Source: Octopus vulgaris | Lineage: Eukaryota | Assembly (NCBI GenBank): GCA_951406725.2 | Contig: OX597823.1 | Location: 13,516,001-13,580,000 of the forward strand | Length of the DNA: 64,000 bases | Reading direction: 5' to 3' | Notes under the pieces: generated by a model | Told to the model about the DNA's origin: nothing | The model's input: the letters and a program-made list of their open reading frames with translations, nothing else | Databases searched by the model: none | Made by a program: the position numbers and the translations under genes | Part shown: piece after piece, positions 50,731 to 63,179 of the stretch | Layout: each line of letters opens with the position of its first letter | Position numbering within the stretch: the stretch's first letter is position 1

Positions 50731-50942
50731 GGCGGCGAGCTGGCAGAATCGTTAGCATGCTGGGCGAAATGCTTAGTGGTATTTCGTCTGCTGCTACGTT
50801 CTGAGTTCAAATTCCGCCGAGGTTGACTTTGCCTTTCACCCTTTCGGGGTCGGTTACATAAGTACCAGTTACGCACTTAATCCGTTTGTCTGTCTTTGTT
50901 TGTTCCCTCTGTGTTTAGCCCCTTGTGGATAGTAAAGAAATA
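50731..50942 (+). mobile_element. SINE family A monomer
   Basis: GGCGGCGAGCTGGCAGAATCGTTAGC..GAGTTCAAATTCC..AAAGAAATA. Confidence 0.9.
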
Positions 50943-51070
50943 TTTATATATATATGCAAATATGCATAACTCTTGTTATATATATGTGTATGTGTATACA
51001 CACACACACATATAATACATACTTCCTTCCTCTCACACTTAATTTCAAATTTCTAATATTCTAGAGGATT

Positions 51071-51108
<38 letters not shown>

Positions 51109-51389
51109 ACACACACATACATACTGTATATTTGTTATACATAGGAGCGATGCATTTTACCAGAATTTCCGACTCGATTCGAATTGAACAATCGATCTTA
51201 AATCCTGAAGCGGATTAAATGCATTCAAAATATGACTATTTGATTTCCCTACATATTATATATTTACGAGCGGTATTGGTATCCAGAAGAACCAAGGTGG
51301 CAGGTAACGCTATGTAGGTGCTATGGGAGGAACGGTGTGAAACTCTTGATTCGATAATGACACCAATGATACATGACATTACATATATG

Positions 51390-51620
51390 TGCGGGAGTGG
51401 CTGTGTGGTAAGTAGCTTGCTTACCAACCACGTAGTTCCGGGTTCAGTCCCACTGCGTGGAACCTTGGGCAGGTGTCTTCTACTATAGCTTCGGGCCGAC
51501 CAAAGAATAAGTACTAGGCTTCTAAAGAATAAGTCCAGAGGTCGAGTTGCTCAACTAAAGGTGGGGCTCCAGCATGGCCGCAGTCAAATGACTGAAACGA
51601 GTAAAAGAGAAAAAGAGAAA
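51390..51620 (+). mobile_element. SINE family B, internally deleted
   Basis: Head joined to tail at GACCAAAG|AATAAG. Confidence 0.85.
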
Positions 51621-52022
51621 GAGAAAATATGTGTGTGTGTGTGTGTGTATGTATTATGTAATTGTATATGTATATCATTGTTCAGTTTTATTTCAAGATT
51701 TCTTGCCAATAGAGAAAGAACCGGTTTCAACATCAACAACAGTTTTTTGTTTGTTTGTATGTATATAACTACGTATATGTGCAGATTTTTATGTTTTGTT
51801 TTATGTATGTATTCACATTGTATATAGGTGCATATCTAGACATGCTCATATATATTCAAGCGATACACTTCTGGAAAGTTTTGCATATTTTTACAGTTGT
51901 AATGATTAATTGGATCTGTAGTATGAGGAGATGCTGAAAATTTCAAGCCCTCAAGGATATTGCAAAATGCCTGGCTGAAGGTGGGGCACCTTCTGATATC
52001 ATAGAGTCGTGTACGAGCAGAG

Positions 52023-52415
52023 AGAAACCTGGACATTATCAAAGAAGCATGAGAGGCGGTTGGATGGAACCTACACTCGCCTCCTTATGAGAGCTCAAAA
52101 TCTCTCTTGGAAGCGCCATCCAACCAAAATGCAAATATATGGGAAACTACACCACCTGTGTCATCTCTTGTGAAAGGTAAGAGAGTCCAGTTTGCTGGAC
52201 ATTGTTGTAGAGCTGAAAAAGAAGTAATTTCTACTCTTCTCCTCTGGAAGCCATCTACTCGCAATACCAGAGGGCGCACACTCTCCTACCCTGATGTAAT
52301 CTCCAGGGATACAGGCATCCAGCAACAGGACCTCCGTAATGCCATGATGGACCGTGAAGTCTGGCGTAGCATGGTAAATTCCATTGTCTCGACCACGGTC
52401 GAACAATGATGATGA
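52023..52415 (+). mobile_element. 5'-truncated RTE-type LINE 3' end
   Basis: ETWTLSKKHERRLDGTYTRLLMRAQNLSW..(frameshift)..FAGHCCR..LLWKP..RGR..AMMDREVWR; (TGA)n tail. Confidence 0.85.
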
Positions 52416-52925
52416 TCTGATATCATTTACAGGACTTAGAAAAACAGAAGCTCTGCAATAGGTGCGTGAATCTGAGAGGGGAAAATGTTGAATAAAATCA
52501 TAATTAACTGATCCTCCTGTATTTTTTATCATCCCAAGCCAGGTATTTTCCAGCACACCCTAGTATATACATATGTGTGTGTGTGCGCGTGCGTTTGTGT
52601 GCATGCGCACGCGCGCGTCTGTGTCCGTCTGTTCATGTGTGCTTGTGTATATGTATCTATTTCTGCGCATATATGAAAATACAGTGAAGGAACGAATCTC
52701 TGTTTAACGGACGTATGTACTTTTGTGCAAATGGTTATATTGGATGACTATGGACATGGATGCTTATATTTAGCTTTTTATTACTTATATGTGTATTTGC
52801 ATTCGGCTTTCATATAATAGTGTGTTCATAAGGAAATCTGTGTGGACATGTATGTGCGTGAGACAGAGAAAGAAAGAGAGTCTGTCCATGTTTGTGTGTT
52901 TGTCTGGATGAATATGTATGAATGC

Positions 52926-52964
<39 letters not shown>

Positions 52965-53599
52965 GACAGTGAGAGACAATGAGGAAAAGAGGGAGAGATT
53001 TGTCAGAGCAGAGATGTGTGCTTAGACGTACATAGTTGTACATATCTATGATTAAATAAACATGATTAAACCTCAAAGGTAATACTCTTCGGTTAAGTGT
53101 ACAGCTAACGCCTTCATGGAAGAGTACGAAAAGAATCGCTATTCCCTAGAAACGACGCTAAAATAAATTCCAGATGTAACATTTAAATATCATAAGCTTA
53201 TTCATGGCTTACGGTTAGACGGTTCCCTTGGGAAGTCTATGATTCCGGGCTCGGCCTTACTGACTGGTAACTTAGGAAAATACTGGAATTGATTGATTAA
53301 TATACACATTTGTGAATGGAATTTAACAGACGAACACTATCATGTATGTATATATGCATATGTATATGTGTGTTCGCATGTATAAGTGTGCATGTATGTA
53401 TGTATGTACGAAAATAGATAAGCACTGTATGGTCGAATTTCTAAAAAGTTTGCTGCTTTGGAATTACTAGGTTCCGGGTTCTATTCCAGTGTATGATATT
53501 GTGGTTACATGCAAGATTTTCGATACAGTTCTATATTCAAGAGATGAGGAATTATGTACATCAAGGGCGGATGCTTATCCTCGTTTTGCTCGTTGTTAC

Positions 53600-53641
53600 C
53601 ACAACATTTCGGCTGATATACCCTCCAGCCTTCATCAGGTG
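53600..53641 (-). ncRNA. Minimal hammerhead ribozyme motif
   Basis: CAC CUGAUGA A GGCUG-10nt-CAGCC GAAA U GUU GUG. Confidence 0.6.
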
Positions 53642-53721
53642 CCTTGGGGGAAATTTCGAACCAGGGTATATAGTGTAGTGGTTAAGAACTGATTCCCAGT
53701 TCTATTCCAGGCAGTGAACTG

Positions 53722-53938
53722 AATAATAATAATAATAAGAAGAAGTAGAAGAAGAAGAAGAAGAAGAAGAAGAAGAAGAAGAAGAAGAAGAAGAAGAAGA
53801 AGAAGAAGAAGAAGAAGAAGAAGAAGAAGAAGAAGAAGAAGAAGAAGAAGAAGAAGAAGAAGAAGAAGAAGAAGAAGAAGAAGAAGAAGAAGAAGAAGAA
53901 GAAGAAGAAGAAGAAGAAGAAGAAAAAGAAGAAGAAGA
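53722..53938. repeat. (AAT)n then long (GAA)n microsatellite
   Basis: Seen directly. Confidence 0.95.
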
Positions 53939-54397
53939 TGGGCTACAGCAAATATTCTGCTCAATACCACAGATTTGTTTGTCAGTTGTTTGACCTTAAC
54001 CAGTTGAGAATATCCCTTACTGGCTGACTGTAAGTGCATCTCTGATCACGAGCAGAAGTAGTGGGGGAGCATCGTAGCCACGTGATGAGAGGGATTATTA
54101 GAGGTTTGAATAATTAACCTATGGAAATATGGGTGTTTTGTTCAACATCCTTAAACAACCCTTATTCAGGGACATTTTTGAGTGGGATGGGTTACTCGAC
54201 TAGAAGAAAATTCTAACTGGGCCCCATCTGCAAGGTCATGTGCTGTTTGTCTTGATATGAGATCACCATGACGCACACACATGATTGTGATGCATGTGCC
54301 TAGTGTACCCTTATCAGACGAGTAGTCATGATGGGTATACTGGGCTTCGTATATTTTACCCAAGCGTCACTTTGATGGCATGCACTGCTCTCTCACT
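53939..54397. mobile_element. Unclassified GC-richer element between (GAA)n and (AAT)n arrays
   Basis: Sharp boundaries at trinucleotide arrays; no recognisable ORF. Confidence 0.4.
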
Positions 54398-54420
54398 AAA
54401 TAATAATAATAATAATAATG

Positions 54421-54486
<66 letters not shown>

Positions 54487-54551
54487 TTAATAATAATAAC
54501 ATCGAAAAGTACCTTAGGAATGAGAACCCAGGTTCGAAATTTCCCCCAAGA

Positions 54552-54592
54552 CATCTGATGAAGGCTGGAGTGTATATCAGCCGAAATGTTGT
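54552..54592 (+). ncRNA. Minimal hammerhead ribozyme motif
   Basis: CAU CUGAUGA A GGCUG-10nt-CAGCC GAAA U GUU GUG; inverted twin of 53600-53641. Confidence 0.6.
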
Positions 54593-54819
54593 GAGGACAA
54601 ATATCTGTCGAATGTAAATAATGTAAATAATGAAAATAATATAAGACTTCCGATAACCTCCAACTGAATCATAGATCGTATTCGCAATTAAAAATATCAT
54701 ACTTCTCTGAGACACTGTGGAATGGTCAATCGCATACAGGTTAACGAAAGAGGAGATAATCGAACAACGGAATTGTAAGGAATAAAGGTCGGGGAACAGG
54801 GTTATGCAGTTGTTCTTTC

Positions 54820-54986
54820 TTTCTTTTTATCCTTTTACTTGTTTCAATCATTTCATTGCAGCCAATCTGGAGCACCGCTTTCAGTCGAAAAAATTCTACC
54901 CCAGGACGTAAACACACCAACATCAATGGTGGGGCGACAAACACAGACACACAAATATACACACGTACACACACACACAAACACAG

Positions 54987-55084
<98 letters not shown>

Positions 55085-55377
55085 TACGACGGGCTCCTCT
55101 TACTTTCTGCCAACCAAATATGATGGAGTCTCCGTCACATGCAAGTTCAGTATTTTGCTGATCGAGGACCACAAATCAGTTGTTTACAGTGATCAAATTC
55201 ATGTGCTGTACAATAGCTCACTTTCTTCCACAAATCGATATTGCCTGTACAGGTGAACAAGTATGTCACAACGGGAAATGCAGTGTTTTGCTCAAGAACA
55301 GAACGCGCCTCCCGCTTCCGGAACTGAACCCACGATTTAGCAATCGCGAATGCAATACACAAGCCACTACGCCACAC
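54820..55377 (-). mobile_element. Diverged SINE B part (54820-55110) abutting a family D SINE (55128-55377)
   Basis: Consensus matches; D head GTGTGGCGTAGTGG..GGGTTCAGTTCC. Confidence 0.7.
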
Positions 55378-55378
55378 G

Positions 55379-55414
<36 letters not shown>

Positions 55415-55554
55415 GGTATGTGTCAGTCAATGTGTGTGTATATATACATATATAAATAAATATATATCTATATATACAAAGAGAGGAGAAAGAGATGTAT
55501 GTGTGTTTGTGTGATTGTGCATGGGTGTTTGTATACTAGAATAATACAAGTAGA

Positions 55555-55700
55555 CGTTCTGTAGTCGAAATCCGCGAAGGTCGACTTTGCTTTTCATCAT
55601 TTCGAGGTCGATAAATTAAGTACCAGTTGTGTACCGGAGTCGATCTAATCGACCGGCCCTCTCTCCGAAGATTTCCACCCTTGTGCCTAGAGTAGAAAAA
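55555..55700 (+). mobile_element. SINE family A, 5'-truncated, type-2 tail
   Basis: Consensus match. Confidence 0.8.
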
Positions 55701-55854
55701 AATGATGTTAGGAGATGTTTTGTACATTTCCATTGACTTTTCTTTTTCTTTTATTGATCTCAGAAACTATACAGGTATATATATGAACGTTATATATAAT
55801 ATATATGTATGTGTGTTTTATATTAGAATATATAAATTTTAGCATATCTTATAG

Positions 55855-55886
<32 letters not shown>

Positions 55887-55970
55887 CTAATACAATTGTT
55901 CGTTTGTTTTCCACCTGCCTTCGTCTTTTGTTTATTTTCATAAAGCTTCCCGTTATATATATACATACAT

Positions 55971-56085
<115 letters not shown>

Positions 56086-56224
56086 TATTATTACCAATAA
56101 TATTATTGTTCTATAGAAAGAAATTAATATATGAATAATTAAGTTACTAATAAAAATGCAGATGATTTAGTAGATAGCATAAGCCAAGGCAACACATATT
56201 CAACGAAACTAGAATATTCATTTA

Positions 56225-56414
56225 TAAGGCCCGAAATTTTGGGGGAAGGGGATCCTCGATTAGATCGGCCCCAGTACGCAACTGGTACTTCATTTATCGA
56301 CCCCGAAATTATGAAAAGAAGAGTTGAGCTCGGCGGAATTTGAACTCAGAACGTAAAGATGAATGAAATATTGCTAAGTATTTCGCCCGGCGTGCTAACG
56401 TTTCTGCCAACTCA
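56225..56414 (-). mobile_element. SINE family A with TSD
   Basis: ACGAA(A/G)CTAGAATATT on both sides. Confidence 0.85.
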
Positions 56415-56494
56415 CTACATACACGAAGCTAGAATATTGTGATATTAAATGTGCAGTGCACATAGTAATAAAGCTGTTATTGTTGGGGCACCCA

Positions 56495-56661
56495 CATGGG
56501 TGTGTGGTAAGAAGCTTGCTTCCCAACCATATCGTTCTGTGTTCAATCCCATTGCGTGACACTTTGGGCAAATGTCTTCTACTATAGCGTCAGGCCGACC
56601 AAAACCTTATGAGTGGATTTGGTTGATGAAAACTAAAAGAAGTACCTCGTATATATGTGCG

Positions 56662-56733
<72 letters not shown>

Positions 56734-57400
56734 AGAAAATGGAGTGGGTCAATAGGTGGGTCATCAACTTTTAGACATTATTTTATGTTAACCTATTTAT
56801 TTATTTACTAAACTGACAATTACAAGAATATGCTATAGATGTATGTATATTCTTGTAATTATCAGTTTAGTAAATAAATAAATTAGTTAGCATAATATAA
56901 TATATAAAATTTGATGAACCACCTATTGATCCCCTCCATTTTCTTATTACTATATAAATTAATGGTAAAAATATCTCTTTACTTTCACCCATTTAGTACA
57001 CTAGGTAACGTAATTGCAATGCAATAAAAAAAACTTCTGTAGTAATTATTGGGTATTCTATCAGCAATATATTGGATAGATATTATCCCTTAGTGGGCTG
57101 GATTCACAACCTCTGACTTTCTTGGAGTATATATATATATATATGTATATATTTGTGTGTCTGTGCGGTATATGTGTGTTTTTATGTCTGTATGTGTTTC
57201 TGCCACCACCCCGCTTCTACCTGACAACCGGATCTAATATGTTCGCTTCCCTGTAAGTTAGCGGTTCGGCAAAACAGATCGATAATAATAAATACCAGGC
57301 TTTAAAGAAAAATATGTATTGGCGTCTATATATTTGACTAAAGATTCTTTCAGCAGTGCCCCAGTATGACCGCAGTCTAATGACTGAAACAAGTAAAAAA
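56495..57400 (+). mobile_element. SINE family B split by a fold-back element (56728-57128) inserted in its internal microsatellite
   Basis: 5' half 56495-56650, 3' half 57150-57400. Confidence 0.7.
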
Positions 57401-57496
57401 AAAAAAGAAGAATTCTCCATGTATGTAACTTTTCATTTAACGTATGTTCCTCTTCATCCATGATAACAAAAAAAGATGATGAGTGAATTCTTATAT

Positions 57497-57790
57497 TCTG
57501 TTGTGTCTCGGGAGAGTCATTTTCTTTTTGTGCCTCATAATGTCACACACTCGCCGGTAAAATTTCCACTTATTTCTTATTTTCATTTTCTTAAAATATT
57601 CGTTGCGTCTTGCAACCTTTCCAATAGACTTGACACAACGAAAATTTTAGGAAAATAAAAATATGAAATAAGTGGAAATTTTACCGGTGAGTGTGTTAAA
57701 TTATAAGGCACAAAAAGAAAATGACTCTCCCCAGACACAACAGATTATGCTTCAACACACGAACTCACATAAATAATCTTGCGAACCAAA
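57497..57790. mobile_element. Head-to-head fold-back element with hammerhead-like motif at the apex
   Basis: About 115-bp arms; minus RNA UUGGAAA G GUUGC-AAGAC-GCAAC GAAU AUUUUA; 3' end TTCAACACACGA..TCACATAAA.AATCTTGC shared with 32895-32930. Confidence 0.75.
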
Positions 57791-57849
57791 TCCCAAAACG
57801 GAATTCCTATATGTTTGCGCAATTTCTTAAAAGTAGCAGTCAAATATCC

Positions 57850-58400
57850 CTATCGTCGTTGTCGGTTGTCTGTTGTATGTTGACGCTGACTGTTTTGTTC
57901 AGAACTCATCTCCGTAAGGCTCCTACATGGGCTATTAGGCCCGCACATGATCTGCAGCAGCAATGGTATTTACCGCAGATGACGTTACCATGTGCAGAGT
58001 ACTTGCTTGCAGCTACCTGTTACATTAACTCGATTGCCATAGAGCTTCCGATTTCTGTGAACTAAATGCTTTGGACAGTGAATGAGACAGCTGGCGTCGT
58101 CTACTCACAATACTGCCTCGCTGGGCTTTCACGCCTGGTATCAAGGGATGTAGAAGAGTGCGTTGTGTATAGTCGATGATGAGGCTGCTCCAACAGCAGT
58201 ATCCCACTTGCCAGTTGATTCTCAACCGTTGTCTGATGGTACACATCTTCCACTTGGCCGCAGTAACCTTCAAGTGTAGAACGCCTCCGCTTTGTCGGTT
58301 ATCCAACATGCAGTTGCCGGTCTACCGTCAGAAGGGACGGCTTGCAATCACTTTTAAAGCGTATTGCTGATGTGGGTACCATGCCCTCTATAACACTCTA
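57850..58400 (-). mobile_element. Decayed RTE-type LINE 3' end with C-terminal zinc-finger remnant
   Basis: IRFKSDCKPSL.. and VICGKYHCCCRSCAGLIAHV resemble the RTE C-terminal R.KD..K and C..C....S..GL..H motifs. Confidence 0.55.
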
Positions 58401-58411
58401 TCATCATAAAT

Positions 58412-59416
58412 ATTCTTTTCTACTCTAGGCACAAGGTCCGAACTTTTGTGGGAGGGAGCCAGTCGATTAGATCGACTCCAATACGCAACTGGTACTTAAT
58501 TTATCGACCCCGAAAGGATGAAAGGCAAAGTCGACCTCGAGGGAATTTGAACTCAGAACGCTACGTAAAGACAAACGAAATACCTATTTCTTTACTACCC
58601 ACAAGGGGCTAAACACAGAGAGGACAGGCAAGGACAGACAGACGGATTAAGTCCATTATATTGACCCCAGTGCGTAACTGGTACTTATTTAATCGACTCC
58701 GAAAGGATGAAAGGCAAAGTCAACCTCGGCGGAATTTGAACTCATAACGTAGCGGCAGACGAAATACCTATTTCTTTACTACCCACAAGGGGCTAAACAT
58801 AGAGGGGACAAACAAGGACAGACAAACGGATTAAGTCGATTACATCGACTCCAGTACGTAACTGGTACTTAATTTATTGACCCCGAAAGGATGAACGACA
58901 CAGTCGACCTCGGCGGAATTTGAACTCAGAACGTAACAGCAGACGAAATACCGCTAAGCATTTCGCCCGGTATGCTAACAAATCTTATTTCTTTACTGCC
59001 TTGTGGGCAGTAAAGAAATAAGAAATATACACAGAGGGGACAAGCAAGGACAGACAAACGGATTAAGACGATTATATCGACGCCAATACGTAACCGGTAC
59101 TTATTTAATTGACCCCGAAAATATGAAAGGCAAAGTCGACCTCAGCGGAATTCGAACACAGAACGTAGCGGCAGACGAAATACCTATTTCTTTACTGCCC
59201 ACAAAGGGCTAAACACAGAGAGGACAAACAAGGACAGACAAAGGTATTAAGTCGATTACGTCGACTCCAGTGCGTAACTGGTACTTATTTAATCGACCCC
59301 GAAAGGATGAAAGGCAAAGTCGACCTCGGCCGAATTCGAACTCAGAACGTAGCGGCAGACGAAATACCGCTAAGCATTTCGCCCGGCGTGCTAACGATTC
59401 TTCCAGCTCGCTGCCT
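58412..59416 (-). mobile_element. SINE family A five-unit array with an internal inversion
   Basis: GAAATACCTATTTC junctions near 58577, 58761 and 59177; palindrome at 58983-59023. Confidence 0.9.
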
Positions 59417-59938
59417 TTATTGAATAAACGTCGACGAATATATCAACATGTTCACTATGCATAGAGAAATACACTGTGCTTGATTGGTGCTAACCAGGGA
59501 CTAAAAAACAACAACTATGATAGGTTCTAGTATAACTTAATACCTTCTAATAATCAGTATAAATGTAAAAAAAAAAAAAGAATTGAACAGAAAACAAAGG
59601 GAGACAAACGAATAAATTACAACTGATATGCTGCGGGAGTGACAACTCTTGTTTTATATTCGTTACAAATGTCTCAGTTCCGTTGTAAATCCTAAATGAA
59701 AAATGCAAACTACCAAAATCTAATTTTAAGCCGTAGTCACCATTGTTTGCTATTTACGTTATTGTTCCCTATCAAAGCCTGTTACTGAATTGAATAAACA
59801 TTTGCGAGCACGTTGATTTTAACTTGAGGGTAATGTTTTATTTCCAGAATATCACCATACTCTTGTTAAAGCCACAACGAATTACAATACTACGCCATTT
59901 CTAACAGCATTACCACCACCACCAACAACAACACCACC

Positions 59939-59971
<33 letters not shown>

Positions 59972-61900
59972 TTAGTGCTGAGGCTGCTACTGTTGCTACT
60001 AATGATGATGATATATTTATACTATTTATAACACCTGCAACATTATTATTTTTGTATATAGAATGAAATACTCCCCTGTAGTAATACTATTATCTTAAGC
60101 AGCCAGCATCCAATAACAACTGTCATTATATTTGTCTATGAATGTTGGCTATTCGTACAATATCAGATATTTTAATAACTCATACAAATGCAATTTTCAT
60201 AATTTAGTTGAGCCAGAGTACATTATCCAGAATTGACTTGACTAAATGAATAATGATATATGCATCTCTAACAAGACGTAATAAATAAAAATTATTCGAA
60301 AACAACTATTATTAAAACAGAAATTTGCGCAGCAATAGTAATCGAATAGAAATTATTGCAGTAGTGTTTAACTAAGACTCGTGGTTGAGGTGATAAATAT
60401 ATTCATATGAATTTCGAATTGGAATAAGTGACCAGTCTCATTCAAATGCATTTTGTGTATACAATTATCTGTAATTTATGGTTGGATTTAATGTCATCGC
60501 TGTAACAAAAAATATATAAACATATAAATAAATAAAATAACAGTAGCCTCTCACATTAATAATGATAGCGTTTGTTTTGGAACAATGTATTTCGGAAAGT
60601 TGAGCGACATATCGGCTTATTTACGAATTTGAAAACAGTTTTTTGTCAGAGTAGAAATAGTCATAATTATTTATATATAGGTAGCAGTAAAACATTCTAG
60701 GTCACTAGAACGATAAATGTAGAGACGTTACAATGGACACACTGATTCGGTCACCATTATTTCGATGAAGGTTCTGCTTCATTGATTAGATCAATGATTG
60801 TAATTGTTTCCCGTTCAACCCGATATGATAAAAAGTACATTAGCAAGAGCACTCATAGCACGCGAACCTCCGCCGAGACAACACCAATGTTGTCTTTCGA
60901 CGATTTGTCAGAGATGATTTTTGAAATGAGAATATCGGAAATAAACTCGACTGCTCTCATAAACGATATTACTAAAAATGAAGCAGACCGCTCTCGAAAA
61001 TTAAGTAAAAAAAAACCAGAAAACTAATCCAGAATCCTTGTCCAGTACTGGGTTTATCCAAAAATCTAATCACTTCATGTCAGTCATCCGTTGCACGGTG
61101 AAGAAAATGATGTTAAAATTATACCAACACATGCAAATTTGTCTCCTATAGACTGTTTTAACTCCCTTAACCGTTTCGGCCTGCGAGTTGCGGCCATACT
61201 GGGGCGGGGGGTGGGGTGGCACCATTACAGACTTGCAGAAATACTAATAATAAATATTAATCTCCATTTATCTTTTCTTCTTGCATTAAATATGTTAACA
61301 GGCAATTTAACTTTTGGTTTCCATGCAGATGTCATTTATTGATTATTTATATACTTTATATTTGGAGTTTAATGAAATATTCAAAGAATAATTCTTGTGG
61401 AGACAACAATTTATAAATACTTAAGCTAAAGATGTGAGATTTAACACAGTTTTAAAGAGAAAAGAAATGAAAAGATGGTCGTAGTAGGATGTTTGGTTAA
61501 TAAAAAAAAAATAATTTCTTTGTAAATGAATTTCAGAAAAAGAAATCACACAATATTTTCTAACGTGTGAAGAACCAGTATAATCGGGTAGATAAGGTGT
61601 CAGTCTCTCGACTGAAAGGTCAGGCATTCATATCAACTCATTAAGATTATACCCTTAAAAAAGACACCAAATATCTCTTGGTTTACAGAAACGACAACAG
61701 AGTTGGTATGTAAATGCTCAAGACGCGAAAACGATATAGAGAGATAAAGGATGAAAAGGTACAGAGATAGAGAAACAGAGAGACTAGTGGGCAGTGGTAA
61801 CTGAGGTACAAAGAGAATGACATCGACAGACTAATACTCTCGGAGATATAGACAAAGAAAGAGAAAACAGAGTGATAAGCACAGACCTATAGACCTAGGT

Positions 61901-61974
61901 ATGCAAAGATAGCATAAAAGGGTGTGTTAGATGTTGGCATGCAAAGATAGCATAAAAGAGGGCGTTAGATGTTG
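61901..61974. repeat. 38-bp tandem duplication
   Basis: ATGCAAAGATAGCATAAAAG..GTTAGATGTTG twice. Confidence 0.85.
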
Positions 61975-62070
61975 AGAGAAACTTGAATGAAAAGAAAAAC
62001 AGAAAAAGGAAATGAAACGACATAGGAAAAGATTGTGATTGGAGTAACAATCTAAATAAATGTACAAACC

Positions 62071-62484
62071 TATTTCTTTACTACCCACAAGGGGCTAAAC
62101 ACAGAGGGAACCAACAAGGACAGACATAGGTATTAAGTCGATTACATCGACCCCAGTGCGTAACTGGTACTTAATTTATCGACCCCGAAAGGATGAAAGG
62201 CAAAGTCGACCTCGGCGGAATTTGAACACACAACGTAACGCAGACGAAATACCTATTTCTTTATTACCCACAAGGGACTAAACACAGAGGGGACAAAGAA
62301 GGACAGACATAGGTATTAAGTCGATTACATCGACCCCAGTGCTTAAGTGGTACTTAATTAATCGACCCCGAAAGGATGAAAGGCAAAGTCAACGTCGGCG
62401 GAATTTGAACTCACAACGTAACGACAGACGAAATACCGCTAAGCATTTCGCCCGGCGTGCTAACGTTTCTGCCAGCTCGCCGCC
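62071..62484 (-). mobile_element. SINE family A dimer with a single TSD
   Basis: AAATGTACAAACC at 62058-62070 and 62487-62499. Confidence 0.92.
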
Positions 62485-63179
62485 TAAAATGTACAAACCG
62501 CTTGTCGGCTTATGATACCGAAACTGTTTTTTTTTTTCACTTCAACCGTGAATCAACAAAAGGGGCACTGCACGTGCTGCGAAAATTTCCCAGCCCCACC
62601 CCCACCATAATGTATCGAAATGCTTTTGATATATTATGGTCTGTCGTGTCTGGCATGATAGTAAATAAAAATTGAGCCTATTACACATAACGACTTAGCG
62701 ACATAAATGTTTTCACTTCACCCGACCGTATTTCAACCAATATTATTTCGAAAGCAGTCTACGCCAAAAAAAGCCCTATGACATTCAAGCGGTACCTGAA
62801 CATGTTCACCCAAGAAATATCAGCCAAATCTCCAACATCCGGATATTTCGGAAAACAGTTAATCTCTCCTCGAAGATGTGGTGATGCGCTAAAATATTAC
62901 TTAAAAAGCGCTGTTATTTAGCTAAACATGGCCTCGACCAATAACGACCAAGACCTAAACCGTATAACTGATGACTAGAAGTAGTGTCAATTTCTCAATA
63001 CGACGAGGATTATACACTAAAATTACTAAACACTAGTTTTTATGTTTACTGGTAGACATTATTGTTGTTCATCTATAGAGCGATTTCGATTTCACAAGTA
63101 CCAATTGGACTTTGCTTCGATTAAGCATATCCGAAGTTTTGACTCGTAGTTGCCAAGATCAGTTTACATTATCATTATT

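Noticed and set aside
50731-50830. tRNA genes at SINE heads
   Set aside because: A/B boxes are present but there is no complete cloverleaf, and they continue into SINE body sequence
58412-59416. CRISPR-like regular array
   Set aside because: Units are SINE bodies of about 180 bp without unique spacers; eukaryotic context, no cas genes
60770-61027. 81-aa ORF with short flanking inverted repeat
   Set aside because: No domain or splice support; a 13-bp imperfect IR is not enough for a call
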